Assembly: GCA_000004985.1 (NCBI GenBank)
Contig: GG738856.1
DNA: 64,000 nt
Strand: one strand, 5' to 3'
Source of the DNA: Naegleria gruberi
Taxonomy: Eukaryota
Made by a program: the position numbers and the translations under genes. Within the stretch, counting starts at the first letter, position 1. The number at the start of each line of letters is the position of its first letter. Shown in pieces: positions 44,951-56,045 of this stretch. A model generated the notes under the pieces. It was not told the DNA's origin and ran no database searches. It worked only from the letters and a program-made list of their open reading frames with translations.

Positions 44951-45965
44951 TTAAGCAGTAACATTGAACAAGGCATGAGTTTCAGCCAAAATTCTGCTGT
45001 TTGGATGCTTAGAACCGCATTCACCTTCACAAGCAGCAGCAACAAATTCGTAAGTACCAACTCCCCAAGAGACTAGAATTGAAAATTAATAATTGTCAAA
45101 TATCATAAATACATACTGTTGTTGTTTGGATCATCTTGAGCTTGGATTTGGATTTGAATTTCAAAAGTACCTGGTTGGAAACCTTCAGCAAGCAATTCTC
45201 CACCAGAAATATCACCAGTGACTGGACCATTACTAATATATTTGATTAATTGTAACTGTTAATCAAAATTACTTACACTTCGAAAGCAAGTTCACCAGTA
45301 CCAGTTTGATTGTAGACTCTCAATTGAGAAACAGCAGTGAAAGTAGTACCCTTTGGAGCAGATTGTGGAACAACTCTAGTATTGAAGAATTGAGCACAAG
45401 TTGGGAGCTTGCAGTTGTGAACTGGACAGATACCAACTAATTGACAACCATAGATAGCATCCAAATCAGCCTTCTTGATCAAGTTAATGAATTCTTCAAC
45501 ACCCAAATAATCACAGACCAAGTTACAGGCAGCAATAGTGAGGGAACCAAAGTTGGACAAGTATGAGCACAAGACACCACAACTTCCTATTGTTTTTGTA
45601 TCAAAAAAGATTGTGTGAAAAGAATTGACAATTCTCAGTAAACTGTTCATGTGAAAAAACTTACCAATAACACCAGAGTTCAAGATAACGTTCAACAATT
45701 GGTTAATAGTTTGATCCAACAATTGAATACACATTGGACACAAGGAGAAACCAGCCTTTGGCAAGGTAACCTTGGCACCAGTTTGCTTGACGGAGAAATT
45801 CAACAACTTTTGAGTCAATTGTTCATCCTTCAAAATATTTTCACGGATTTCATTCTTCAATTGTTGGAAAGTAGTTGGTTGGTGATGATTACGAATAGCC
45901 ATACAGAATGGTGTAACGTAAATTGCCAAAATCATGGCAACCAAGAGGATTTGAGTAATCTTCAT
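44951..45965 (-). CDS. secreted saposin-like Cys-rich protein. Three exons: 45277..45965, 45117..45232, 44951..45072.
   Basis: Signal peptide MKITQILLVAMILAIYVTPFCMA. Saposin-type Cys spacing (CPMC...CGVLC...AACNLVC...CQLVGIC). Two 44-nt introns (GTAAGT...TTAG at 45233..45276; GTATGT...CTAG at 45073..45116), both in phase. CDS total is 927 nt. Confidence 0.6.
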
Positions 45966-46825
45966 CTTAGTGTTTTTGTTTTTTTTTTGAATCAAAATTG
46001 TTTTCCTTGCCACAATTCGCTAATCGCCCCGCCATCTCGCTGCGATTTTGCCTCTGCATTACGGTTGGCGTTGATTACGGCCAGTGTTCTGTTGGGTCAT
46101 TTTGGAATCATTGGCTTGTTCTCTTCCTTGTCTTCTTCGACAAAAGCTTTGTTGTGTTTGGTTGGAAGAAGATAGAAAGTGGTGGCACGTTCGATAAATG
46201 GAGATTTTCAGGTTAGATCTATCAACAGAAGAAGAGATGAAAGGAAGAGGATCGTATTTGAGAAGAGAGGTGGACTCTGTGAATGTATGGGTAATTCGGA
46301 GTCTTTGGAAACAATGTTGCAGCAAGGAAGAAGTTACGGAACCATTCACATGTGATTTGATTGGTGGAATATTGAAAGATGACACTTATTCCGGTCAATA
46401 TTTTGTATTCAATAAAAATAATGAATGGCGCCATTGGTTTCTACTGCTTGCCTTTACAGAAATTGCTCCATGACAAAACTCTTGTTCTGAAATATTTGGA
46501 ATTCGCTTGTGTGAATTTGAAATATTTCACATCAGTGATATCCAAGATATTTTCCATATTCAAGGTGGTTTTTAAATATCAGAAATATTTGAATTTATCC
46601 CTTTCCCGCCCTCAACAAAAAATCTTCATCCTTATTTGTGCGTTCAAGAGAAGATTCAAATATATTTGAGTTGATTTTTTTCACACAAAGAAGATGTGAA
46701 AGAGATTTTTTTTCTTCAAGTTTATTGGATTTAAGATGGAGTTTGGTTTTTTGTTTAATATTCGAAAGTGAGGAAGAAAAAGCAGGAATTTCGAATAATA
46801 GAAAAGAAATTCATCACTTTCAAGA

Positions 46826-47285
46826 ATTATTTAAAAAAATGAATTATACACCATAGCCATTCCTCCTCCAATTCCTGCAATGTTCTCTTCTGATGATTTT
46901 GTTATGAAATTCTATCCTATTTCCATGAGGAAAATGATGGAAAATTTATTCTACTGAATTGTTCGTTTATTTCCAAGCAGTGGATGAAGAAATTCGGACA
47001 GATTTCAATTCAATATTTGAAATAGATTCTCTACTTCATTGGCAAGGTGTTAATTTGCAAAAAGTTGAATGTGAAAAAATTCGGAAAGATTTCAATTAAT
47101 ATTCTAGAAAAAATCAATTTTTGGAATGTTTTGGGAAATTTGGAATTTATTTGAAAGATTTTGCAAAGTTTCATGAAATAATTAAAATGATGAAAAATTT
47201 AAAAAGTCTTTCTATTGGAAATGATTCTATTGGAGAGGAGGATTTGAAATTTATTGGAGAAATGAATCATTTAACTGAACTTGTT
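46826..47285 (+). pseudogene. truncated duplicate (about 90 percent identical) of the 5' F-box region of the F-box/LRR gene at 50264..51577
   Basis: Near-identical alignment of 46826-47283 with 50248-50700. The pseudogene copy carries ATG...TAG (a stop after 5 codons). Homology ends abruptly at 47284. Confidence 0.7.
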
Positions 47286-48260
47286 TGACTGACGATAAAG
47301 AATGTTGGACCCAGTTAGCTATGCATGAATTCCGAGTTAGATTGGAGTTAGATGATAAACATCTTCATCTAAAGGACATCTGCATACCATCCATGGAATT
47401 TGGTGCTCTCACTTTGAAAGTATCATGCTTTGTGTTTATATTCATAATGTTTCTAATAACAAATTGAGATATTACAACCGAATGAAGACCTCTTTTACTC
47501 AATATATATTGTTTGGATGTGTTACTATCTACTATAAGGAGCTTATTGGTGGTATTTCTATGGATTTAAAGACAAAGAATTTCGAAACTGTCAATTATCC
47601 CTTTGGATGAATTTACTCACTCATAAAAAATTGAAACCAAGATGGACCTAATGGCTAATTGGTAATATCAATTAAAAGGGTCATATTATCACAACACATA
47701 CTAAACACTATCTAGTGTATGATGTCAAACGTTTTTTTTGATGATTGGGCAGCAATCATGAAAAAGAGCTTGATCAAAATTTGGCAAGCATCCAGAGAAT
47801 ACAAATAATCCTTACACTAATGAATAAATTGCACAACTGATTCAAATGTCACAATTTTTATATTTTACTATGGACCATTTTCCTGAATTCATATTTCGAA
47901 TGCAAAACCCAGGAACTGAACCACCTTATTGGTGAATCTGCATGGAACCTGCAATTGAAGGATACAAATCTTTATTGAATAAAACTCGATAATTCCGAGA
48001 AATTGATTGGTGGTTGGATATGATATAGTGTTTTGTCTCTTCTTTGAGGTTTGTTTCTTGTTAACTCTACTTGAGATTCGAATAACTATTTGAGCATCAC
48101 AAATTTGGAATTGAGGTTGCTTATTAAAGGTATCAGACCATTGATAATTCTTTGTTAATTTACAATCGGAAACAACTCCATTCCTCATAAACATTCAACA
48201 TATTTTAATTTTTATTTCATCAATGGAAAATAAACATATTTCCTTAACAATTCAAAAAAA

Positions 48261-50150
48261 ATGAACAACACTAAGCGTACCCCTCGGTTTGTAAAGCCGT
48301 TAGCTTTGGTTAATAAAATTGAAGATCAAGGCTCCTCCAACAACAAGCGTTCCTTTGAAAACCCTGTAGGCGAAATGTATTCGGAGGCGACACTATTTGA
48401 TTGTGAATCAACAGACTTATTTTCATGTGTTTCATTGCCACCTAAAAGACGGTTGGTAGAATCGTCATTGCTTAATACTTTTGAAGATACAGATTCTTTT
48501 GACAGACCTATTATTGAGAAATCGTTAGAAATAGTACCTAATACCTCCATTGAAATTAAATGTAATATAGGAAACATACCATCTCTGGACATGAACAGAA
48601 CAGTCGATCTACTTTCTGATAAAACAATAACAAATGATGATACAAGTGCAAGCAACTTGAGAATAGATATAATATCAAAAATCAGTTTGGATACTGTTAT
48701 TTACCGTGATAATATGAATAATAGAAAAAATGTGTTGAATAATTACACTCAGCTCCTTCAGTTCGTTAATGATTGCCCTAATCTTAATGTTCTTGGAAAT
48801 ACGAAAGCTGCCTTTCACATTCAAGTAGAAGGGTATGCCAGAACTGGAAAGACAACTCTTTCATCAGTAGTTCTTCCTTATTTACTATCAAAATACAAAT
48901 ACAATACCTATTCGAAATATAGAACAATACTAATCAATACCAGAAATTTTGAAAGGACTTGTTTATTTGGTGATTACATTCTACAAACCTTGCAATTCGA
49001 ACTGAAGGTTCCACCACCACAATTAAAACCTTTCACACAGGCTTACTCATTTTGGCCTAATTGGTTAGCAAAACATTTAGATCCTCAAACTTTTTATTTT
49101 TTTTGCTTAGATGATATTCAATTATTGAACGAAAATGAAATGCATGAAGCAAAATGCTTTTTCAAATCAGGTTTTAATCCTGAGAATATGGTTGCCATTG
49201 TTACTGGTTCTTCACAGTCAATGTTCTTGAAGAGAATTGCTTCTGTGAGGTCGAATGGTTTTTCCTTAAATGAATGTGTTAGCAAATATGTTATTCCGAA
49301 AGAGATCACATTCAATGAAATTCAAGAAACAGTAACAGCTTTAAAATCAATTAATCAAAATGGATCCCTTACCGTTGATCATATCAAGCAATTGAAAATT
49401 GTTTTTCGAGAAATTCTTCCATCTCATCTATCAATACTTCATCATGAAAAGGAGTATTCAGTAGAAAAATTGGTTAAGGAATACCAAGGAATTTACTTGA
49501 AGGATTTTCCATTTCTGAAAAGTTATGAATTAACTGAATCTGACAAACGAATAATCAAATTTCTACTAAAGGGAGATTTTTCACATTTGGAAGGAAATCA
49601 AAGAATTGCTCCTGAGGGACTTTTTTTCTATATCGAGAAAAAAGAAGATGGCGAGTACAGATTAAGGGATCTAGTGTTGGACAAGATGTTACACTTTTGT
49701 TTCCAAATAGATCCCACATTCGGTAAGGTTATAAGAAAGGATAATCTATCTGAAACTTTTTATTATGATTTCTTTCTTTTACTTCCTGTCTCAGAATTTG
49801 GCAAAACACTTTCTAAAAATATATTCTTTCTTAATAGGTTGACTTATCCATCCTTCACTCCAAATACTAAGCAAATCAGTAGAATGCGTAATGCTTTACT
49901 AAAAGAAGCAAAATATCATTTCACAATTGACAAAACATTCCATTCAATTATTATTGGAGTGAGAAATCATGTGCTAAACAACATTCCCAATTCATCAGTT
50001 GTTTGCAACTTGTTTTTGACTCATTGGTTCAATAATTCCATTTCACAATTTCATTCATTTCTGGAAGACCTCATAGAAGTCAATTCAATCAACCTTAAAG
50101 CTTGTAAAGCACAAAAAAACAAATCAAAAAAAAATAGGAAATGGAAATGA
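48261..50150 (+). CDS. novel P-loop NTPase (STAND/AAA+-like; Walker A, Walker B, sensor-1 arrangement)
   Basis: Walker A HIQVEGYARTGKTTL. Walker B FYFFCLDDIQLL. Sensor-1-like MVAIVTGSSQSMF. N-terminal basic region; Lys-rich C-terminal tail. Confidence 0.65.
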   Translation: MNNTKRTPRFVKPLALVNKIEDQGSSNNKRSFENPVGEMYSEATLFDCESTDLFSCVSLPPKRRLVESSLLNTFEDTDSFDRPIIEKSLEIVPNTSIEIKCNIGNIPSLDMNRTVDLLSDKTITNDDTSASNLRIDIISKISLDTVIYRDNMNNRKNVLNNYTQLLQFVNDCPNLNVLGNTKAAFHIQVEGYARTGKTTLSSVVLPYLLSKYKYNTYSKYRTILINTRNFERTCLFGDYILQTLQFELKVPPPQLKPFTQAYSFWPNWLAKHLDPQTFYFFCLDDIQLLNENEMHEAKCFFKSGFNPENMVAIVTGSSQSMFLKRIASVRSNGFSLNECVSKYVIPKEITFNEIQETVTALKSINQNGSLTVDHIKQLKIVFREILPSHLSILHHEKEYSVEKLVKEYQGIYLKDFPFLKSYELTESDKRIIKFLLKGDFSHLEGNQRIAPEGLFFYIEKKEDGEYRLRDLVLDKMLHFCFQIDPTFGKVIRKDNLSETFYYDFFLLLPVSEFGKTLSKNIFFLNRLTYPSFTPNTKQISRMRNALLKEAKYHFTIDKTFHSIIIGVRNHVLNNIPNSSVVCNLFLTHWFNNSISQFHSFLEDLIEVNSINLKACKAQKNKSKKNRKWK

Positions 50151-50263
50151 TAATATTCAGGTAGATGAGAATGCGATGGGCTATTGTTTCAGTATGGTTC
50201 AATAAATGACATTTCAACTTGTTGATACCTTTCGAATATTCATTTTAGAAATTATTTAAAAAA

Positions 50264-51577
50264 AATAATCAAATACGAATCACCATTCGCCTCCAATTCC
50301 ACCAATTCCACAATATTCTCTGATGATATTTGTTATGAAATTCTATCCTATTTCCATGAGGAAAATGATGGAAAATTTATTCTACTAAATTGTTCGTTAA
50401 TTTGCAAGCAGTGGATGATGAGTGTGAAGAAATTCGGAAAGATTTCAATTAATATTAGAAATAGACTTTCGGATTCATTGATAGAAACAATCAAGAGAAA
50501 TCAATTTTTGGACTGTTTTGTGAAATTTGGAATTTATTCGAAAGATTTTGTAAAGTTTCATGAAATAATTACAATGATGAAGAATTTAAAAAGTCTTTGT
50601 ATTGGAAATGATTCTATTGGAGAGGAGGATTTAAAATTTATTGGAGAAATGAATCATTTAACTGAACTTGAATTGTGTGAATGTTTGACCGGAGATAAAG
50701 ATATTAGACCAATTAGTAGAATGTCTCAATTGACTAGATTAAATATTAGTAAGAATGTAAAGTATCATTTAAGCGATATCATTGAATTGAAGCAATTAAA
50801 AATACTAGAAATTGGAGAAAATTTCATAGGAGATGAACAAGTTGAACTACTTTCCAATCAATTGAAACAATTGACCATTTTACGAATTAATAATAACTTG
50901 ATTCATTCGCAAGGGGCTGAACATTTGAGTAAATCGGATCAATTGACTGAATTAGATTTAAGTGGAAATGCTTTAAATTATACAATTGGCTATGAAATTG
51001 CAAAAATTGAACAATTGAAAACTCTTCACCTTAGCAAACTTTCAATATATCAAATGGGATCAAGACGTCCAGTTGGATCAAGATTGAGTTCACAATTTGG
51101 ACAATTATTTCAATTGACCAGTCTTAGTATAAGTAATACTAATATTGGAGATGAGGGAGCCAAAGAAATTAGTAATTTAACACAATTGACTGAACTATAT
51201 GTACATGGAGCTGGAATTGGAAATACAGGAGCCAGATCATTAAGTGTTTTACATCAATTGGCCAAACTAGATATCAGTACTAATCAAATTGGAGATGAGG
51301 GAGTTAGATTATTCAAACAATTATCAAAATTAACAGAACTTGTTGTGTTTAATAATAGAATAGGAGATGTTGGAGCACAACTAATAAGTGAAATTCCTCA
51401 ATTGACCAATCTTGATGTTAATAACAATCAAATTGGAAATGAAGGGGCAAAATCAATGGAAATCAAATTGATGATCAAGGAGCTAAATTATTATGTGAAA
51501 TGAATCAAAGAAAAATTGAACTTTATGGAAATAATATTAGTAATGATTTCAATTATTTAATTGAATTATTGAGCTGA
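50264..51577 (+). CDS. F-box/LRR protein. It has no in-frame ATG upstream of the F-box (ATA sits at the position where the pseudogene copy has ATG). A frameshift near 51460 lies before the last LRRs.
   Basis: IFSDDICYEILSYF...LICKQWM F-box-like, then LRRs. The +1 frame continues GNQIDDQGAKLLCEMNQRKIELYGNNI...* to 51577. Confidence 0.6.
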
Positions 51578-51717
51578 TTTTAGGAATTTGTGATAACTCC
51601 AGCAGTCAGTCTGGCTCCTTAACCCTATTTAATTCTTGTTAGAGGAAAGGGCTGGAGCTATTCTTTTGATAATAGTTTAAATTGTCAAGATCTTTTAAAC
51701 TTTGAAACTTTGAAAAA

Positions 51718-52743
51718 TCATTGAATGAAACATTTTCCAATGGATGATGATTCCAAATCAATATCTGAATCTGGATTTCTAAATGCTATTGATTTGATAA
51801 GTAGTTCTAAAATTTTATCAAAATCATATCCTCTCACTGTTGATGATTCCATATAAGAAATTGCTCCAATTTTCTTTGCAAAATCAATGCCGTCCTTTGG
51901 CGAGACAGTTAGTGTATTTCTATTTCTATAATTCCTCAAATCAGTCATACATCCCATTACTACATATGGAGTTTGAGGAGAGAAGTGAGAAATTAAAGGT
52001 AAAATCTCCTTTTCAATTGTAATAAAATCAGGACACTGATCAATGGTTGGAATATTGATTTGTTGTTGATCATCAAAATTATGAAATGTGCTAAAACACA
52101 AACAATACAGATCCACATCCAATAATGCATTATCTACTTCTGAATTGTTATCTTCACCGGGAAATCTGCTATATTCACATAATTTAACAGTTGCAATTTT
52201 AAGATTATTCAATTTTGATGAGTATTGAAATTGATATTCAGAATTGGAATCCCACGTGTTATGAATTAATGGAATAGTCAACAAATTCTTTTGAATTATA
52301 CTTGATTTCCCACAAGATTTTGATCCAATAAACGTCACTTTAAAAATTGGCAATTTTCTTCTAATTTTCTTCATATTCAACACATCCTGATCCGAAACAT
52401 TCTTTCTAATAAACTCCTCCGATCTAAAACATGATAAATTCGATGAAAATTTCATTTCTGAAATTAAATATTCAAATTTCTTCCTTTCTGAACTAAAATT
52501 TTTCTTCCCAACTTGATCGCACAATAATGAATATTTCATCATGGTTAATAAATTAATTTTCCTCTCATTCATCAATTGTAAATTCTGCTCCGAAAGAAAT
52601 CTTTCATTGACACATTGTGTTAGGACAAAATTCGAATTAATTATTCGGAAGGACAAGATTTCTTCAAAGGGAAGAAAATTCAAAATAGAAAAAATAATTT
52701 CAGAGGGAAGAGATGAAAGGTGGCTTGTTAGGTTTTGTTGCAT
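51718..52743 (-). CDS. F-box domain fused to a Rho/Ras-like small GTPase-like domain (degenerate switch II)
   Basis: LPSEIIFSILNFLPFEEIL F-box. G1 FIGSKSCGKSSI. VVMGCMTDLRN resembles Rho LVGTKLDLRD. The C-terminal AISYMESSTVRGYDFDKILELLIKS is Rho-like. Confidence 0.7.
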   Translation of the reverse strand: MQQNLTSHLSSLPSEIIFSILNFLPFEEILSFRIINSNFVLTQCVNERFLSEQNLQLMNERKINLLTMMKYSLLCDQVGKKNFSSERKKFEYLISEMKFSSNLSCFRSEEFIRKNVSDQDVLNMKKIRRKLPIFKVTFIGSKSCGKSSIIQKNLLTIPLIHNTWDSNSEYQFQYSSKLNNLKIATVKLCEYSRFPGEDNNSEVDNALLDVDLYCLCFSTFHNFDDQQQINIPTIDQCPDFITIEKEILPLISHFSPQTPYVVMGCMTDLRNYRNRNTLTVSPKDGIDFAKKIGAISYMESSTVRGYDFDKILELLIKSIAFRNPDSDIDLESSSIGKCFIQ

Positions 52744-52814
52744 TTTTTTTTGAGAGTTTTTTTTACTTTAAAGTGCTTTACAATAGGTTTTACAATGAAT
52801 GTGACGAATAAGGA

Positions 52815-52887
52815 GAGACTGTAGCTCAGATGGGAGAGTATTCGTTAACCCAACGAATGGTCTTAGGTTCAAATCCTAACTGTTTCT
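52815..52887 (+). tRNA. tRNA-like gene with a Val(AAC)-like body but an aberrant anticodon loop (TAACCCA, A at position 33)
   Basis: Acceptor GAGACTG/CTGTTTC (one U-U mismatch), TAGCTCAGATGGGAGAGT D-arm, anticodon stem TTCGT/ACGAA, T-arm TTAGGTTCAAATCCTAA, T6 terminator. The loop lacks U33. Confidence 0.55.
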
Positions 52888-53268
52888 CTTTTTTAGGATT
52901 TCTTAATTTCGAAAGCAAGAAACCATACCACTACAAATCCATTAACACAATTTACAAATATACCAGCAACCCTTTCCAACCATACGTAAAGGGTGCACCA
53001 CATTACAAAGATATCAAATGTAGAATTTATTATTGTCATTCAATTCAAAATTGAAATTGACACATCGCTCTCTATCAATAAAATTCTAACGTAGCTCTTT
53101 CAATAAACGTTGCTATAATTAATTTATTTATTTACAATTTTCATTCCAGTTTTTCTTTTAGTTTTATTGAATGTGTATCAATTTCAATTTTGAATTGAAC
53201 GAGACATTAATAACGCAACGTTCTTTGCTTTTTTAAAGTATGATTAAGGGATTAATCCTTGGATATAA

Positions 53269-53340
53269 GCTGGCGTAGCTCAGCCGGTAGAGCGTTGGTC
53301 TAATAAGCCATTGGTCGCCGGTTCAATCCCGTCCGTCAGC
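53269..53340 (+). tRNA. tRNA-Ile (anticodon AAT), copy 2
   Basis: Differs from 14508..14579 by 2 nt (D-loop AGTCGG vs AGCCGG; T-loop GATCC vs AATCC). The 3' flank ATAATTTT(G/C) is shared. Confidence 0.9.
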
Positions 53341-53357
53341 AGATAATTTTGCCTTTC

Positions 53358-53888
53358 TTAAAAAAAGTATTGTTTTATTGTAGCCACAAATGTCAATAAA
53401 GTTAAAGGAAATAATATGGTATGCTCCAGAGAGGGAACAATTTCAGATTTCAATTTTGGCAGAATTCTCAAAGCGTCTCCAAACAGCAATTCATATTGTT
53501 TCATCTTCTCCTCAGAAGCATGCCAAATAGTGCGTGCATTCAACAAGTAAGGAAACCACCAATAAACACATTGCATTACCATAAATAATGTCAAATATAA
53601 ACTATAAATGATTTTAAATGTCATTATTTGATTGTTGCTGTCAGAACTCAAATAAATGGCAGCAATTAAGTGAGGAAATGAATTGATCCAACTTGTCAAA
53701 ATATAACCATTATGTGAAACAATTCCTAGTTTAATCCTTTTGAATGATGACAGAAGGGAGGTAATTCCAATTGCCAAACTGCCAACTCGTAGACAAACAG
53801 CAATATTTGAAATAGTTTCGCATACATTCGTATTGTTTTTTTCGAATGGATAAACTAATATTATTTCAACAAAACCATTTAATTTCAT
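53358..53888 (-). CDS. hypothetical multi-pass membrane protein
   Basis: 176-aa ORF with 4-5 hydrophobic segments. ATG at 53888. Confidence 0.45.
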   Translation of the reverse strand: MKLNGFVEIILVYPFEKNNTNVCETISNIAVCLRVGSLAIGITSLLSSFKRIKLGIVSHNGYILTSWINSFPHLIAAIYLSSDSNNQIMTFKIIYSLYLTLFMVMQCVYWWFPYLLNARTIWHASEEKMKQYELLFGDALRILPKLKSEIVPSLEHTILFPLTLLTFVATIKQYFF

Positions 53889-56045
53889 TTTCAATCAAAT
53901 TCAATCAATTTTTGATAAAACACTTTGAAATTAAAAGATTTTGATTTGATACCAATGATATCCGATCTTTTTCATTTTTTAATTCAGGAGTTATTAAAAG
54001 AAAATTGGAAATTTCATATTACCCAACTCCATTGATCAATTTTTACAATGGATAAAATTTCATTTGATTATTGGATTCTTTATCCGCATTGAATTTAATC
54101 GGCTTAAAAAAAAGGGAAAATCTGAAGCTCATCCTCACATCATTGAAATGTTGTTTGTGATGATCATGTAACAAGAGAGAATAATCATCGGGTTAAATGT
54201 GTAGTGAATCTTATTGTTGTTGTTCATATTATTTTGATTGGACGGCTAATTGGAAAATTGATTCTCTAGAATTTAGAAATATATTATTATTATGATGATG
54301 ATGAATTAAATAATTAAGCCTCTGATGATGATGATGATCAAATTAGCCTTTTAGGATATGTTGTCTATTAACTGATAATTTGGCGTCATCAAAATGTTTG
54401 TGTTGTATCATCTACAGTTGGGAAGATCATATGATTTTGTATGAGCCTCTTCTCATCTACAGTAAATACATTGGAACAACAAGAACTACAGTTTCAACAA
54501 CAATAATTCCTCTCTACATTTCCGTAATTAAACAGTCTATCCTTTTAAGATGATGCACTTGCACCTCATCAAAATAATCAAAATATAATTTGGTAATAAT
54601 TTCTAATTAATTATGATGAACAAGGAATACTCAAAGACTGTTTCCACTGTATATGACTAATTCAAAGTCGTTGTATTAGATGATCATCATCTTGTGTATC
54701 ATCATGATTGTAATCTTCTTCATTATATTATTGATGAGAAGAATCGATTCGGAATGATCCGAAGAAAGAAGTTAATGGCGAAACACAATATTAGTGTAAT
54801 CACCGAATGGAAATAATGTTATCAATATTAATTATTGGATAGTTACGATTGTTGCCATTCATAACTGGATGTTACTTCGTTTTTCGGCAAGCACCAACAA
54901 TTTTGGTGAATCATGCTTTAACTAGTAAATGATTGCATTTTGCCAAGTATTTCTGCACTGACATACATAATTAGATAGTGAAACTAACAATTTGAAACAA
55001 TTGGAAATGATTCGTCATGGTTTACAATGTTTTCTCACTGTTTGTCAAACATGGACTGCATACATGACTAGCCAATTCAGAATTTTTATAATAACGACAA
55101 GTATGATCTGGTTTACTGTCATTAATGAAACAAGATCCTCTTCATTCTAGAATAGTCATCTGATATTCGTTGATGGGTCTATTCGAATGGCAACTAGAAA
55201 GAGGAGTTATCAAATAATAATTGAGCAGTGGTAGTAGTTATATAATTCGCTCCATGAAAATGTGATGAGATCATCTCACGTACTTTGTCGTTGCTTTAAC
55301 AATCCTTAATAGGTATTTCATTGAGATTTATAATATTATTTACAAGATTTTTTACAATTTCCTCGCTCGGGTTTCGTAAGCTCACAAAACAACGACTACG
55401 AAGGAAAATATTAAAAGGACGAAACCAATAACTAGAATTGACCAACTTTTGAGGATGTTTGAATAATATATTTATCCATTGCATAAGTGTTGATACAAAC
55501 GGCATTTTACAAAAATAACAGAGCTGCCTTCAATAATCTCAATAATTTGACAACTTTTTCCAGTAACAACCAATAAGGGATGGGCACAACACAACCTGTC
55601 ATAGACGAATCTTCTAATTCAATAGCCCACAATGTGCCTGTCAGGGTTTTTCCAAGCCTTTGGACCTTGTTTGAATTAATCCTCTGTTGTCAATTGTCTA
55701 CAATCTTTAGGCGGTAGTTTCTCAAAGTTAGAAGAAGCGTTGTTTTTGACATCAGCTCTCACCGTTTTTTCTATGGAAAATTCAATATTTATTTCGCGAC
55801 CTTCGTGCATTTTACTTGATTGGAGTTGCAACATTTTGTATCAACACAAGCTTTTGGTGGTGAATGCATTTCGTCTTGTTTCAACAGCTTCCTTTCCACA
55901 GCAAAAGTTTCGAATTACACAATCATGCAAACTTTGCGTTAAATAGCTTGCTGAGAAATGCAGAACTTTATCAAAAAGAAAGCGACCCTCACAAACGCTC
56001 ACAAAAACTCTTAACAAATCACCAGAAACGAAACCCAACTTGAAA

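Noticed and set aside
14508-53340. The two tRNA-Ile genes in inverted orientation 38.7 kb apart, considered as terminal inverted repeats of a large element
   Set aside because: Only about 72 nt plus a short 3' flank are shared. The intervening DNA is ordinary host genes. Dispersed multi-copy tRNA genes are normal.
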